A DNA stretch of 63,128 bases, filler included, from Conidiobolus incongruus B7586 (Eukaryota): NCBI GenBank assembly GCA_000697335.1. It is 7 parts of 7 records of this genome, joined end to end, with 100 filler letters (N's around TTAATTAATTAA, not from the genome) between each part and the next. Parts side by side here need not be neighbours in the genome. Positions count along the whole stretch, not along the records: positions 26,690 to 46,373 come from JNEM01006034.1; 6 more parts are not named here. One strand, 5' to 3'. A program made the position numbers and the translations under genes. How positions within the stretch are numbered: the first letter of the stretch is position 1; each line of letters starts with the position of its first letter. Below, one piece after another: positions 29,712 to 43,923 of the stretch. Below the pieces are notes generated by a model. That model saw only the letters and a program-made list of their open reading frames with translations. It did no database searches and was not told where the DNA came from.

Positions 29712-32026
29712 ATGGAAGAAAGTTCATTGTCAATTGAAGAAACAAAGTAATATTAATATCATAGCTTATTATATAATTTTATTTATATTAATATATTTTT
29801 AATTTAGTAAATTACGTATCGCCGCTGGTCTCAAGCCTTTAAAAATTGAAAAAGAAGACACCACGGAAGAAAAAGCAGAAAAGAATTTCAAAGAATTTCA
29901 GGATGAACAACTTCAAAAGCAAAGAGAACAAGAAATTAAGGATAGAATTGAAAGGTACAAAAGATTATATTTTACTTATCAATTTCTAATAATTATTTTA
30001 GGTCAAAAAACAGAAGAGAACGATTTGCTAAGTTAGAAGGGAAGAGCTTAGGGGAAGCTGACGACCCTAATTTGGACGATACCCTTGCTTTCACTAAAAG
30101 ACTCGGAAAAGCGAAATCTACAATGCAATCCAAATCAAAACCTGTCACAAGTCACCTTGATAATTATGATACAATTAGTCAAGGTAATTTCAATTTGAAT
30201 ATTTCATCAGAATATAATAACTGATTTAATTTTAGATCTTAGTGTACGCCACGATATTAATGATTTTAAAGAAGGCCAAGAGGTTATTTTAACCTTGGCA
30301 GATAAAAATGTGTTAGATGAAGGTATGTATTTTATCTTATCTTCAATATTTTTCCTAATTTTTAATTTTAATAGATGAGGATCAATTGGTCAACGTTCAA
30401 CTTGAAGAAAAAGAAAAAATTCAGAAAAATTTGGAGAATAAGAAGGGAAAATCGCTCTATAATGCCTATGACGATGATGAATTTTTGTTGGGCAATAATT
30501 TTGGAAAGAAGCGAAATATTTTACCTCAGTATGATGAACCTTTGGATGGATTTATTCCTAAGGTAAATATCAACAAATACTTTCATTTTTGTATAATATA
30601 ATGATCATGATTTTATCATTTAGAAAGGATTTAAATTAAATGCAGACCCTGCTAGCGTATTAGCCTCGCTGAATCAGGATACTACAGATAGTTTCACACC
30701 AAAAGGTCAAGCCCAATCCCTTAACTTTACAAGTATGAAACATAATTTCAACTATCTATATGCTAGTATATATACTAACAATTCTTCAAATTTAGCTACC
30801 AATCAAATTGTAGATTATTACACCAAAGAAGAAGCTGAAGTAACATTCAAAAAACTGAAAAAGAAAAAGAAAAGCAAATCAAAGCTTAAAAGCAAACGAG
30901 AACATGAAAGTGAAGAAGAAGATATTCCCTATATTGCTCCTCTTGATAACTATGTCGATGATGACGATCTTCAGCAATCTTTAGCTCGTTCACGTAGTAA
31001 AGCCATTAAAAAATTCAAGTTCTCTGAAGAAAGTTTAGTTGAAAAAGGTAAAATCAAAAAATTGACTAAAAATAATCTAAATATTTATTTTTATGTTAAT
31101 AGTTTCCAAAAATTCGGATTTTGATATTCAAGAGCCTAATGGTGGGTTGGTACTTTCAGCCACCTCAGAATTTGTAAACAATCTTCAACTTTCTACGCCT
31201 GATACATCAACTAAACCAACTCCAACAGAACTAGAAAAACGTGAATCTACAATTGCCTCTTCTCCAGAGAACACTAATATCACAATGACACCAGAGCCTA
31301 GTGCACAGAATAAATCTCCATCTCCAGAGCCTACAAATACGGTAAATTTGACATTTATTTCATTCATTTTTCTTTTTATTAATTAATTTTATATAGGCTA
31401 GTTTTATTGAAGATGAACCTCTTGTCTCCAAGGGGCTTGGTGCAACTTTGGATTTCCTTACCAAGCGAGGTAAATTTCTATATCATATTCATAACATGAA
31501 TTGTATTCAAACCAAAATTCAATATTCAGGATTATATCAAAAACCTACCTTAGAACAAATCAAACGGGATGAATTAGCTAAAAAACGCGAAAAGTGGACT
31601 CTTGAACAGAGGAAATTGGATCGACTTAAGGAACTTGATGGTTATGAGGAAAGGAGCAGCAGTCGTGAAAGACATAGCTCGAGAGATAGGGATGTAAGCA
31701 GAGATCGTAGATCCAACTCAGATAGATACTATGTAAATGAAGAAGTAGATTTAATGAAGGATTATCAACCTTCATTTAAGTTAGAATACAAAGATGCTGC
31801 TGGTAACATCCTTAGTCAAAAAGAAGCTTATCGTCAATTATCCCACCGATTCCATGGAAAATCGTCAGGATTTAAGAAGACTGAAAAACGTCTCAAACAA
31901 CAAGAAGATCAAAAGAAACTTCAATCAATGAGTATTTCTGGTGCTCCAAGTGGACTTGCTGAAGCACTTGCTAAAAAGCAAAAGGAAACTGGACAAGCTC
32001 ATTTTATTTTGAAAGATAACAAATAG
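29712..32026 (+). CDS. SNU66: U4/U6.U5 tri-snRNP protein SART1/Snu66 (many introns)
   Basis: SLSIEETNKLRIAAGLKPL (HIND motif), VRHDINDF...ILTLADKNVL, EDEPLVSKGLGATL, KEAYRQLSHRFHGKSSGFKKTEKRLK. Confidence 0.93.
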
Positions 32027-32645
32027 TCACCTTGATTTAATATCCTTATATAGTATCAACATTATTAATGCAATTATTAAATTTTTTTTTGGTGAAAAGA
32101 TTAACCTATAATTGTTTGATAAAACTATTTTTCAATATAAATGTCAATTTTACATTAAAATACAATAATAATTAAATAAAAATATGTAAGTTGATTTTTA
32201 TCTTATTTTATACTTAAAACTTATTTAATGTTAAAATTAAATTGAAAGTAAATTTCAAGCATTATTAATATCTTAACATTATCAAATAATTGAAGTATTA
32301 TTGTTTTCTTATTATATCAATATGACGCTCCTATATATTAAAAATAATATTTTTTTATTTAAATAATAATGATGGTAATAGAATTAATTACATTTTGGAT
32401 ACTGATAATTAATAAATAAAGGTATTAATTCAATATAAATTAGATCATTGAAATAGAATTAATTTTTAAAATACTTAGCAAGTCATGAAATATAAATAAA
32501 TTATTTAGAGTTAACTGAAGGCCATTCAAAAGTTTTTAAATTAATTACTGATATTTAATTAAATTTTAGTTTTTTAAGATTCAATTATATAGTTGAAAAT
32601 AAATCAATTTAGTTAAAAATATTATAATTTAATTTTTATTTTTGA

Positions 32646-34154
32646 TTATTGAAATCTTTTGGATAATTTTTCACCAACATACCTCAAACTTCTAGTTAAG
32701 CCAGCTGTGAACAACCCTTTCACAGTTTGATTGAAGGCTGGTTCTTTGACAATATGGGAAAATGCTAATGTAAATTATATATTAATATCAATAAAAAAAA
32801 ATATAATGTTGGTTACCTTGAACTGTAGCTTGAACTAATTCTGGACCTCTTTTATATATTACTAATTTTTATTATTTAGATTTCAAGATTAATAATGTTT
32901 AAATTAAAGTATTACCTTCATCGCCAAATTGTTTAGTCATTAATCTATATTCAGATTCTAAATAATTGGCAAATTTGACAGGTAATTTGTTAATAATCAT
33001 TGGGACCAATTTATCACTATAGTCTTGCTATATAATTTTATTAATATAAATATTTATATTATATACTGCAACTACATTTACCTTTAAAATACCGTTACCC
33101 ATTCTAGATAAATTAGGGAAGGCGTCAATAATAGGATTATAAATTTCTTCGAAGAATTCGCCTTGAGCTAATACGATATTCTCTATCTTTTTGGGATTTT
33201 CACCAATTGACATTCTGATATCACCTATTGTTGATATTATGTATTTGATTCTTATATATTTGTAATATATGGATATTACCAGTGTAGGAAATGCTAGTTA
33301 AAGCCATGAATAAATCTTTAGAAGAAAAAGTTTCTGGTAACATGAGCAAAGAAGCTCTCAAAGCGATGGATCGATTGATTTGATTAGCAATTTTAATTTG
33401 AGGATCATCTTGTAATATTCTCAACTAAAAAATTCTTAAGTATATAATTATAGAAATAATAAAATATTTTAAAATTTACAGGTTTTTGCATTCTGCCAGC
33501 CAAGTAAAGAGTTTCCCATTTGAGTAAATCATTAATTAAACGATCCATTGATACAACACCGTATTTCACTTTCTAATCAATTGATTAATACGAATTATTT
33601 ATATTATAATATAGTAAATAAACATACCAAGTTTCCAATTTGACAATAGGGATTATAATAAATACCAGCACCAATATTTTGAATTTTAGAGACAAAACTA
33701 GAACCCAAATACTTCATACCAGAATAGTGGTGGGGATTCTTTTTGAAATTCTGGGAGTGCCAGTGCTCTGGATGAGATACTCCAAATATTAAATCCACTT
33801 GGGGTGGTGTCTAATTAAAGGGATCAGTTCATGTCCTATTATATAAATGTATTAAAAGTACCTGGTTTGCACTATAACCCAACTGTTTGAATACACCACT
33901 ACCGTAACCACAAGCAAATCTTACTGGGACATTAAATTCGTTCAGGATTTGGTCCAATTCTTCATTCACCTTCAGCTGTGTTTTTTCACTGTGATTAGAA
34001 TAATAATGTTTAAATATTAAAGGTTTAAGCTCTTGACTGCTTAATAAATAGATGTTAGAATGTGTCTAAAAATTTTATTAATTTATTGATTTATTAATTT
34101 AATTTAATTTAATTATACCTTAAGAGATTTAAAACTTGTTGAAATTAATTTCAT
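32646..34154 (-). CDS. TAM41: Mitochondrial phosphatidate cytidylyltransferase (many introns)
   Basis: ACGYGSGVFKQ, DLIFGVSHPEHWHSQN, GAGIYYNPY, KYGVVS, WETLYLAGRMQKP, ISYTGDIRMSIGENPKKIENIV, QTVKGLFTAG. Confidence 0.94.
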
Positions 34155-35185
34155 ATTTTAAAAATAATAATATTTTATATAATAATAATAATAATAAAAG
34201 ATAACAAAGAAAATAAATAACTATATTATGATATAAAATAAAAGAATTTTAAATTTAAAAATAATGGAGTATTGGATAATTTAAAGTTGATTAAAGCGTG
34301 GAGTTGTTGAGTTGATTATGGGTTCTAAACTGTCAAAGTTTGAGAAAACGTCATCCATATAAGTTATTTAATTTATACTAAATTAAATCAACCTCAGTTA
34401 ATCTTCGATTATGTATTTTAGAACTATATCATATTACATTTCTTCTCCACTTTATCATTTTTCAGTTTGATTATCACATTATTATTTCATATTTGATACA
34501 ATAGATTGTCATATTATTTTATTAATCATCTTTGCAGTGTATATAAAATATTTAAATTATCAATTTTTAATGTTTTAAACTAAAAAATTGTTTCACTAAT
34601 TGTCCTTAAATAAAATATAAAACATTTAATATGTATCAGTTGAAAAGATAATTATATTTTATTTGTGTTATGATTGACAAAATATGTGATATATATTTCA
34701 AATATCGCATTTAATAATCAATGAATATCTAGGATTTTACAATTAACGTGTAATATAATCTGAAATATTTAATCATTTATCACTCTTTCATTTTTTAGAT
34801 ATAAAACTAATAATAAATTAATTAAAACTATATGAATTTAAAAAATATATTTATAAAACTTCCCATGTAAAAATAAACTTATTTTAATTGGGAAAAGTTT
34901 AAAATTGACTGAATGAAAGAGTTATACCCATAATTATAAATTTCAAATTAAAAAACGTTAAATTGAAATTTCCAAAAGTAAAGTAAAAATCATTCATGAA
35001 AAACATTTAATAATTGATTTCATTTTTAGTTGTAAGTCAATTCAAAAAATTATTTAAACAAATAATTATTAATTTATAATAACAACGATAATTATAAATA
35101 TAATTAATTTGATTTGATTTAATTTTTAGATTAAATATAAAAAATAAAGATCAATAGATCATTCAAGTGGAGTTTGATTTAAAGT

Positions 35186-37806
35186 ATGAATAAAGGAAAG
35201 AACGAGTTACCAACTAAAGAGGCTGCTCTGTTTAAGCAAATTTTGGTAATATTGAATTCAGTCTTTAAATTATCAAAATCTAATTAAAAAAAAATTAGAA
35301 ACAATACGAATTTAAACAATATAAAAAGGGGTATAAAACAGCAGAAAAAATTTTAAAAAAATTTCCTGAACATGGAGGTAAATACTATATTTTAAGTAAA
35401 TATTAATTATGATTGATTAATTTGATACTATAGAAACTTTGGCTGTTAAGGGCTTATTCTTAAGTCATTTAAATAGAAAGGAAGAGGGTTACGAATTCGT
35501 TCGTAAGGGTCTCAAATTAAATTTAACCTCTTATATCTGTTGGCACGTATTCGGTATTATGAACAGAGCCGATAAGAACTATGGAGAAGCTTTGAAATGT
35601 TATCGTAATGCTTTAAGATTCGATAAAGAGAATGTTCAAATTCATCGCGATATTGCTCTCCTTCAAGTTCAAATCAGAAATTACGCTGGTTATAATGTAA
35701 TTTAACATTGGTTTAATTGGTTGATCTTTATTCTGATGTTCATTTTAGGAAAGTTCTATGACTTTGTTGGATTTACGCCCCCAAACTAGAGCTTATTGGG
35801 TTGGTTTAGCTGTTTCTTACCATCTCTTGGGTGAATTAGATATGGCTATTCAAGTCTTGAATTATTTTGAAGAATTCAGTTCAAGTGGCCCTACTCCCAT
35901 CATGGAATATGAGCACTCTGAACTCTTATTATATAAGAACTACTTATTGATCAAGGCTGAGCGTTACAACGATGTTTTGACCAACATTGAAAAGATTCGT
36001 AGCCAAGTTTTCGATCAAAGAGCTCTCAAGGAAGATAGAGCTCTCGCTCTCCTTAAATTGAAACGTGTTGAAGAAGCTACTTTAGCCTATCAAGAACTAC
36101 TCAAGATGAATCCTGACTCTAAATTTTACATTGAAAGATTACTTGAATGTGACAACTTGTTGGGTGATTTGAATGAAGAAGATCAAAATAGATTACTTGT
36201 CAAGTTTGAAGATCTTTGCCGTGACTATCCTCGCTCTCACTTGCTTAAATATCTTCCTCTCAAACACTTGAAGGACGAAGCCTTTAAGAACAAGGTTAAA
36301 GAATATCTTAAGACCAACTTGAGAAAAGGTGTTCCTTCCCTCTTCTCTAACTTGAAGAATTTGTACTCTGACGAATCCAAGCGCAACATCATTGAACAAT
36401 TAATTATTTCTTTCTTGGATAACTTGAACAAGGATAATAAGTTTGAAGCTGATGATCAAATTGAAGAACCTATCACTGCCAAATTATGGACTTTGTACTA
36501 CTTGAGTCAGCATTACAACAAGATCGGCAATTATGAATTGGCCCACAAGTACATTGATCAAGCTATTGACCACACTCCCACTTTAGTAGAATTGGTCAAG
36601 ACCAAGGCTCAAATTTACAAGCGTCAAGGTGATCTCCAAAAAGCTATGGAGACTATGAATAAAGCTCGTGAACTTGATCTTCAAGATAGATACATCAACA
36701 CCAAGTGTACTAAATATATGCTCCGCAACGGTAAAGTTGATCAAGCTATTGCCACCATCACCATGTTTGAAAGAGTAATTTATTATTCATATATTATAAA
36801 TTTAATCTAATCTCTCTCTAGCCCGATGCCGTCGACAAATTGAAAGACTTGACCGAAATCCAAAGCATTTGGTTCATGGCTGAGGCTGCTAAGAGCTACT
36901 ACCGCAACAAGCAATTGGGACAAGCTCTTAAGAAGGTTTACCAAGTTGACAAGTACTACAATATTATGAAAGACGATCAGTTCGATTTTCACAGCTACTG
37001 TATGCGCAAATTAACTATGCGCGCCTATTCTGAAATGTTGGAATTTGAAGATCGCTTGCACGAATATCACTACTACTTCAACAACGCCTTATTGGGTGTT
37101 GATTGCTACTTGCAACTTCATGACGATCCCGCTACTGTTAAGGCTAATAACGATCCTCTTACTTCAGGTAACTTTATTTAATATTATTAAAAATTAATAT
37201 ATTAAATGGTATGGTAGGTCAATTATCCGAAGGTGCCAAAAAGAAATTGAGAAAGAAGCAACGTCAAGCTCAAGAAAAGGAAGCCAAGAACAAAGGTAAC
37301 TAATAATACAGTTATTTTTATTAATGTAGTATTAACAACATTATTATCAGCTAATGATAAATCTGGTAAAGAAAAAGTTGTTGATGAAGATCCCATTGGT
37401 GCTAAACTCCTAGAAGTAAATTCACTCATTTTATGTTATAAATACATTTGATTAATTATTATTATTTTAGGAGGAACAACCCTTAGAAAAGGCTCAATAT
37501 TTTGTCAATTTATTACTTCACTACAGTAGTGACAAGATTGAAACTCATCTTAAGGCTTTTGAAGTATATCTTCGTAAGGGTAAAAATTTTATTAATTAAT
37601 AGTGATTATATATAATATTAATCTATATTTTTATAGAAAAATTACTCTTGGCACTCAAATCTCTCATTCAAACCAACAAGATTGAAGCCACCCATCCTCA
37701 AAATAAGACCAATAAGGACCGCTTAGTTGCTTTATTCGATAAGTTAAAGGCCCAATCCGCCCACGAAATCGTTGAAGTAGTTCAAGAACAATTGGCCAAA
37801 TTGTAA
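35186..37806 (+). CDS. NAT1: NatA auxiliary subunit Naa15/Nat1 (multiple introns)
   Basis: ELPTKEAALFKQIL, YEFKQYKKG, FPEHGETLAVKGL, ICWHVFGI, KGVPSLF, AIDHTPTLVEL, ARELDLQDRYINTK, DQFDFHSYCMRK. Confidence 0.96.
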
Positions 37807-37934
37807 ACAATAATTTATTCATCATATTTAGCTCCACATTACTATTAATTTGTCATACTTTTTTTTTATTTAAATTTGGACAATTCATTAATAAAATTTT
37901 TATGATCATTATAAATATGTATTTATTGGATAAT

Positions 37935-39269
37935 TTAATTTAATTGACATAATTTATCAAAATCAGTTTCTAACTTAGTTTGATAGTGCTGTAAAAATTG
38001 TTCTAATGGACAAAGGTTTTTGTCACAGCTTGGATTAATTATGATTTTTTCATTTAATTTGATTTGAATGTAGAGATCCTTGAATTCATTTGGTTTGAAG
38101 TAAGTTTGTCTTGAAGTGTCTTCAGATGCACATGAATAAATTTCAAAGTCTACATTGGCAGCAAATGGTGCAATGTGACTGGTACGATATTGACGTTGAT
38201 TACGCTCTTCAGTACTCATATCCCATTTTAAAGGAACGGGATCTTTAAATAAACCTAAAGCAGTGACTAAGAACTGAATGGTTTCAGAGTGTCCAAACAT
38301 AAAAACACCTTTAGGTGCATTTTCATCTGGTTTAGGCTTATAGATCAATGTTGTATAATTGAATAACCTGGATAAAAGTTGAGATGCCATAAATTCATTC
38401 ATATCAGAACCATAAGAATAGGTGTAATAATCATCCAAATCATTCTCAAACTCCAAATCTTGAATCATTTCTTCACTCAGAAATTTACACCAACGCGATT
38501 CATTACCGAATATGGAGACGTCGTAACCGCAATATTTGTACATAGATTTAAGATCATCCAACTTGAAATCTGATCCAAATCTAGCATTCAAAACTTTCAC
38601 ATGCTTGGGATAATTCGCTTCTGCAAATTTTTTAGTTTGGTTTTCCGCAGCTTTTCCATTATCAATGATTTTTAACCATTTGGGACAGCTCTTCTTAATT
38701 TCCAAATAGGGATCTTCATACTTAGGGAATGTCTCAATAAACACTGGAACAAGTCTTGATTTTGTCAAATTGCCATTGTGCTCGAAGAGTCCTAGCGAAT
38801 ATGCGATTCCAGATACAGCTGATCGACTTTGAATAGAACTTGCGAATGGAAAGAGATAGGGCTTGTATTTGGATTGGAATAGCGTAGGATATCTATTAGC
38901 CATACGTCGACCTAGATTATACAATTCAAGCTCTCCAGAAGTAGTCATCAATTCGTTATCATCCAAATTAAAGCTAACATTATACGATTTAACCCAGTCA
39001 AATACCAATTGATCTTCTTTGGCCAAATTATCCCACTGAATCGATTTGATCCTTTCATTCAACTGATTGAACTTATTGATGTCCTTTTGGCTTGGATATC
39101 TTGTACCATGACGATTAATATGTAGCAATTGCTTAATTTGACATCTATTCGGCTCATTACCACCAATTGTCAAGTTGTATTCGGGATATGGTGATTTAGT
39201 TGATAAATGCTCCCTAATATTAAAACAAAAATAATTGGATAATAACAAGATTACAAAATTCAATTTCAT
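37935..39269 (-). CDS. Secreted/luminal histidine acid phosphatase, MINPP1/phytase-like
   Basis: RHGTRYP catalytic motif, FGHSET (HAE-type proton donor region), PFAANV; hydrophobic N-terminus; intronless. Confidence 0.88.
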   Translation of the reverse strand: MKLNFVILLLSNYFCFNIREHLSTKSPYPEYNLTIGGNEPNRCQIKQLLHINRHGTRYPSQKDINKFNQLNERIKSIQWDNLAKEDQLVFDWVKSYNVSFNLDDNELMTTSGELELYNLGRRMANRYPTLFQSKYKPYLFPFASSIQSRSAVSGIAYSLGLFEHNGNLTKSRLVPVFIETFPKYEDPYLEIKKSCPKWLKIIDNGKAAENQTKKFAEANYPKHVKVLNARFGSDFKLDDLKSMYKYCGYDVSIFGNESRWCKFLSEEMIQDLEFENDLDDYYTYSYGSDMNEFMASQLLSRLFNYTTLIYKPKPDENAPKGVFMFGHSETIQFLVTALGLFKDPVPLKWDMSTEERNQRQYRTSHIAPFAANVDFEIYSCASEDTSRQTYFKPNEFKDLYIQIKLNEKIIINPSCDKNLCPLEQFLQHYQTKLETDFDKLCQLN

Positions 39270-41444
39270 TGTTTGATAAATTGATAGTTGATTTAAATTG
39301 AGTTTGATTGTTTATATACTCAAATTAAGGTTTAATATTTATGAATCATAGTTATATTGGGATATATGAGACTATTACCAATGATTCCATCATTACATAC
39401 CTTTGTTTGGATAATATTTTATTTAATTAAAATTTGAGAATTGCTAAGTAGTTAAACCAATTAAATTTATGTAATTAATAGTATGATTTTTGAGGAGTGA
39501 TAATTTGTTTAAATTTATTCGTACTTGGTTAAGTGAAAAAAAACACTAGTACTAATTTTTCATATTTATCAATAAGCATAATCTAATAAAGAACAAATGA
39601 CTCAATAAAGTTATTCATATAACTTATTTGAAAAACATAATATAATTGTATTAGTCTGTATTCTTTAGAAATTTCTTTAAATTAAACAAATAATCCTTAT
39701 TATATTTTTAACAAAATACCTTTTTTATAATTCATTCAATAATATATTAAATAATTTTAAATTATTAAAAGTTCATTATAAAAATTTTATTACATATATC
39801 AATTATTAAATTAAAATTAATTCATTATCTTTAAAATCTATTTTAGTGTTAATTCTTGATAATATATAAATGCATACTAATAAGTATTAATATAACTTAT
39901 TAATTTTTTAGTAATTAGACTATTTATATATTGATAATGTTAATTGATAAATGTATTCACTTTTTAGTTTAATAAAAAAATCCTTTTATTTTTGAAATTA
40001 AATTTGTATTTTAAACTAAAATATTATAAATTTATCCATTATATTAATAATTAATAATATTTATTCTCTATCTATTATTTTTTTTATTTTATTTCTTATT
40101 CAAGTTTTATAACTTTTAAATAATAATAATAAATTTTTCTTATTGAAAATTTGACTATTATAAAATATTTTTGCTTAATTTAGGTTTTGTTAGTAATATA
40201 ACTAAATATAGTAATATTGTCAGGTGCATCTATAGGTTGATTAGTGTATATAATGAGGTATTAAAGTTAAAATTGTGAACCTGTTTAAACCCTGTGTGAG
40301 TATTCGGTTAAAGTCAAATTGGTTTGTCCAATTTGATAATGCGATAGAATATGCATTGAAAATATAATCGATAGCATAATAAATATAAGTTTCTAATGGA
40401 TTCAATAATATTTAATCATTTCTATGTATATATTTTCTAGATTTTAGTTAAAAAATTTTGACATTGGGTTTATTATTAAATTAACTACTAAATCTATAAG
40501 GTTTAAGTTTTTGGATCCAAAACTGTTTTTAGTCGTTCATTGAATAAAGTTGAATCAATTCTTTAACTTTATATGGTTCACCATTTTATACTGTATTAAT
40601 ACTTCATAATTAATAATATAAATTTAGTGATATATGAAAGGATTTTAAATTGTTATTAATAAATAATTGACATTAATTACAATAATATAAAAATTATTAA
40701 AATTAAGGTAATTTCAAATTAATAAATATGTAAATTTATATATAAATTCAATATTATTATTATTTTTCAAAAAAAATCAAAATGTTTGAATCAAAATTGA
40801 TACACTTATATCATTTAAAGGAAATTGATATTTGGTAACTATAGAAATGTGTTTAATTATATTATTAAATTAATGAATTACATAATTATAAAATCAAATG
40901 TACAATAGTTCACACTATTTATTAAACCAAGTAAACTTTAACTGAAAACCCACATTTGATTTAAACAATATCTCACATTAAATGAATTTTATTTATTCTG
41001 ATTCTGATTCAAATTTAGCCCATAATATGAAGTCATATAAAAATAATTCATTTGTTTACTGATGATTGGAAAGATATAAATTTATATTGATTTTTATTTT
41101 TAATTTATTGAAAAATATCAATTTATGGTAAAAAACCAAAGTTTGAAATAACTTGATTAGAATCAAATTACTAAAAGTGAAATTAAAAATATCATTAATA
41201 TTTAAAAAATTACTTAATTTGTTTATTTGAAATCAAGAAAATTTGACTATTATCCTAATGAGAAAATATAAGGATTAATATGTGTGGAATTTAAGGTTAT
41301 AAAATTTGAATATCTTATAGTTTAAACTTTTCATTTAAAGTTTTATGAATATGTAAAATTTGATTCTATTGTTTAATTGGGAAATATTGAATATACTTTT
41401 AATAGAATGTTAACTTTATTAAACAAGTAACCAGTTTTTATTAC

Positions 41445-42180
41445 TTAAATATGTTTATGTTTTCTATTATATTGAATTGGACCAAAACCATCAGGCAATA
41501 AATCACCCAAAGTTTTCACTTTATATTCACCTTTATCGTTCAACATATAGACCATTAGATTAGGATTAAATTCATACATAAATTGTCTATATTTTAATAT
41601 AAATTAGTTAAATAATATATTGATTTGATTTGAATTTTATGCTACCTGCATAGACCACATGGTGATAAGTGATCACTTGTATCTCTAAAGTAATATATTA
41701 ATTTTCAAAAAGAAATATTAGTTAATATTAAAAAATTTTCAAGTTTACCCTGATACTGCAATAGCAATAAATTTGGATTTTCCTTCACTCTAAACATATT
41801 TATGTCAATTATAAAATTCTCAAATTATATAATAATTAAGTAATTATTACAATAGCTTTACAGAAAGCAGTTCTCTCTGCACATATAGTACCTCCTAAAG
41901 AAGCGTTTTCAACATTTACACCTATTCAAAAATAAATTTGCAATAAGTATAAAAATAAGAATAGTGTTATGAATATGGTGTTACCTGTAATAATTTCACC
42001 TTCTTCAGTTAATAAAGCAGCTCCCACTCGAAAGTTAGAATATGGAGAATATGAATTAGCTCTAACTATTTCAAATATTTAATTCTAGTTATTAATTATT
42101 ATTACATAATATTATTTACCATTTAATGAAGTTTGTATTAATTGATTTAAAGTTTCTTGAGTAATAGTATTAATAGTCAT
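41445..42180 (-). CDS. CDD1: Cytidine deaminase (homotetrameric type, about 6 short introns)
   Basis: SYSPYSNFRVGAALLT, GVNVENASLGGTICAERTA, SPCGLCRQFMYEF, LLPDGFGP; missed by the ORF track because the exons are tiny. Confidence 0.92.
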
Positions 42181-43923
42181 ATTTTATATTCTAAAAAAAT
42201 TTTTTTTATAAAAAGAATTTCAATTGGGAAAGCATCAAAGCATAGAATACATGAGCTTTTATACTTTAAATTTCGAATATTGTGGAAATGCTATTTTTAG
42301 TAATGTTTTTTATCATATGATTTTAGGATTTGGCAATACCCACATCATAAATTCTTATGCATTAAATAAATGGAAATGGAGAAATCGTGCATACTTCAAG
42401 GTTTGTTGATGTCGAGATGCTGGATTTTCTATGTATGTTGATCATATACATAGTTCAAGTCAATTTCAAAGATGGTAGCTTGCCAATTTGAATGAGGCAA
42501 GATAAACATTGCTTCATAATTATTCCAGAAAATTAAATTGGTTTCAAAGTGGACAAGTAGAAATGTGAATATTCATGTTAAAATGGTCAATTTAAGGCTT
42601 TATAAACTTCAAATAGTTCCAGTTTTATTGAGGGATGAGAGAACTATGGTTTAAGAGAGCAATACTAATCTAACTTTAAAATCAATGCTTGATAACGTAT
42701 CGAGTATTTTATTATTGATGTTTTAAAATTTTAATTAAATTTTTTCTATATATTGAATATGATGATAAAATAAAATTACTGTTCAGTACCATATTATATA
42801 TAATAACTAACATTTATTATTGATACCTCAGACAATAGAAAAGCTTAAAAAGAATGTTATAAGAACTATAACAATTGCTGATTTTCATAGAAATTTTATC
42901 TAATATTTTTGAGTTCAAGAAAAAATTACAAGAAATGTATAAATATCATTTTAAGCTTGATGCTAAAGTTGACTGCAACTAAATAAGAATTGATTTGACA
43001 AATATACGAAATAAAGTTTTATTAAGTATATTGAAGCCCCTTTCTAATAGGATTATCAATAGTAAACTTAAGGAAAATAATATAAAGTATGTCCTATAAT
43101 ACTTAAAATAATAACCTAATAATAGTTTATTAATATTAATAATGATTTAGTTTTTGTTTAAATTATAGTATTTAATGCAATCAATATTCTAAAATTTTCA
43201 AATTTATTATTTATTATATGATATCCAAAATTTCTGTTACTATTTATAAAACTGATATTATTTTGCTGACGAACAATACTTAATATAGTCTAAATCGTTT
43301 ATTATTTTATTTTATGTTATATTGAGTTAAAAATTATTCAATGATTCAATTCGAGTATATATACAAATTGTCTACTTTTATATAATCAAATTGAGTACTC
43401 TTAAATTGGAAATATTTTTGTTATATAATTCTTAAAAAGTAAAAATCGATAAACATGAAATATTATTACTTATAGTTATTTTACTCATTTTAATTTTTAT
43501 TATATTAGTCTTAATAAAATTAGAGATATAATGTGAACAATAATTTGACAATTAATTTCAACTTATTTATAATATTCCAATATTACCTAATTTGAATTGT
43601 AATAAAATAGTATGATATAAATTAGGCTTTTTATTGAAAATATCCTTATTAAAATTACTTAGATTAATGAATTCAGTTTAGTAGTAATTGGGCAATTTGA
43701 ATTACAAAATTCAACATAAAAATTTTCATACATAAATTATTGCTTCAAGTGTATTATATATTAATTCAAAAAACAAATCATATAATTTTCCATTATTTAG
43801 TAATTTATTAAATTTTTTCAAGTTTAAAAAATTCTAACCATAATTAATAATGAGCAAAAAAATGGATAAATTAAAGTTCAGGGAAATTCCTGAAAAATAA
43901 AATTTTAAAATTAAATCATTTTA

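Noticed and set aside
40220..40370. Slightly GC-richer patch examined as a TPP riboswitch or ncRNA
   Set aside because: Lacks the CUGAGA and GAUAAU-type conserved TPP motifs and a stable fold; no thiamine gene nearby.
42224..42660. Short ORF and coding-like patch upstream of cytidine deaminase
   Set aside because: All frames are interrupted and no family is recognisable; at best an unassignable remnant.
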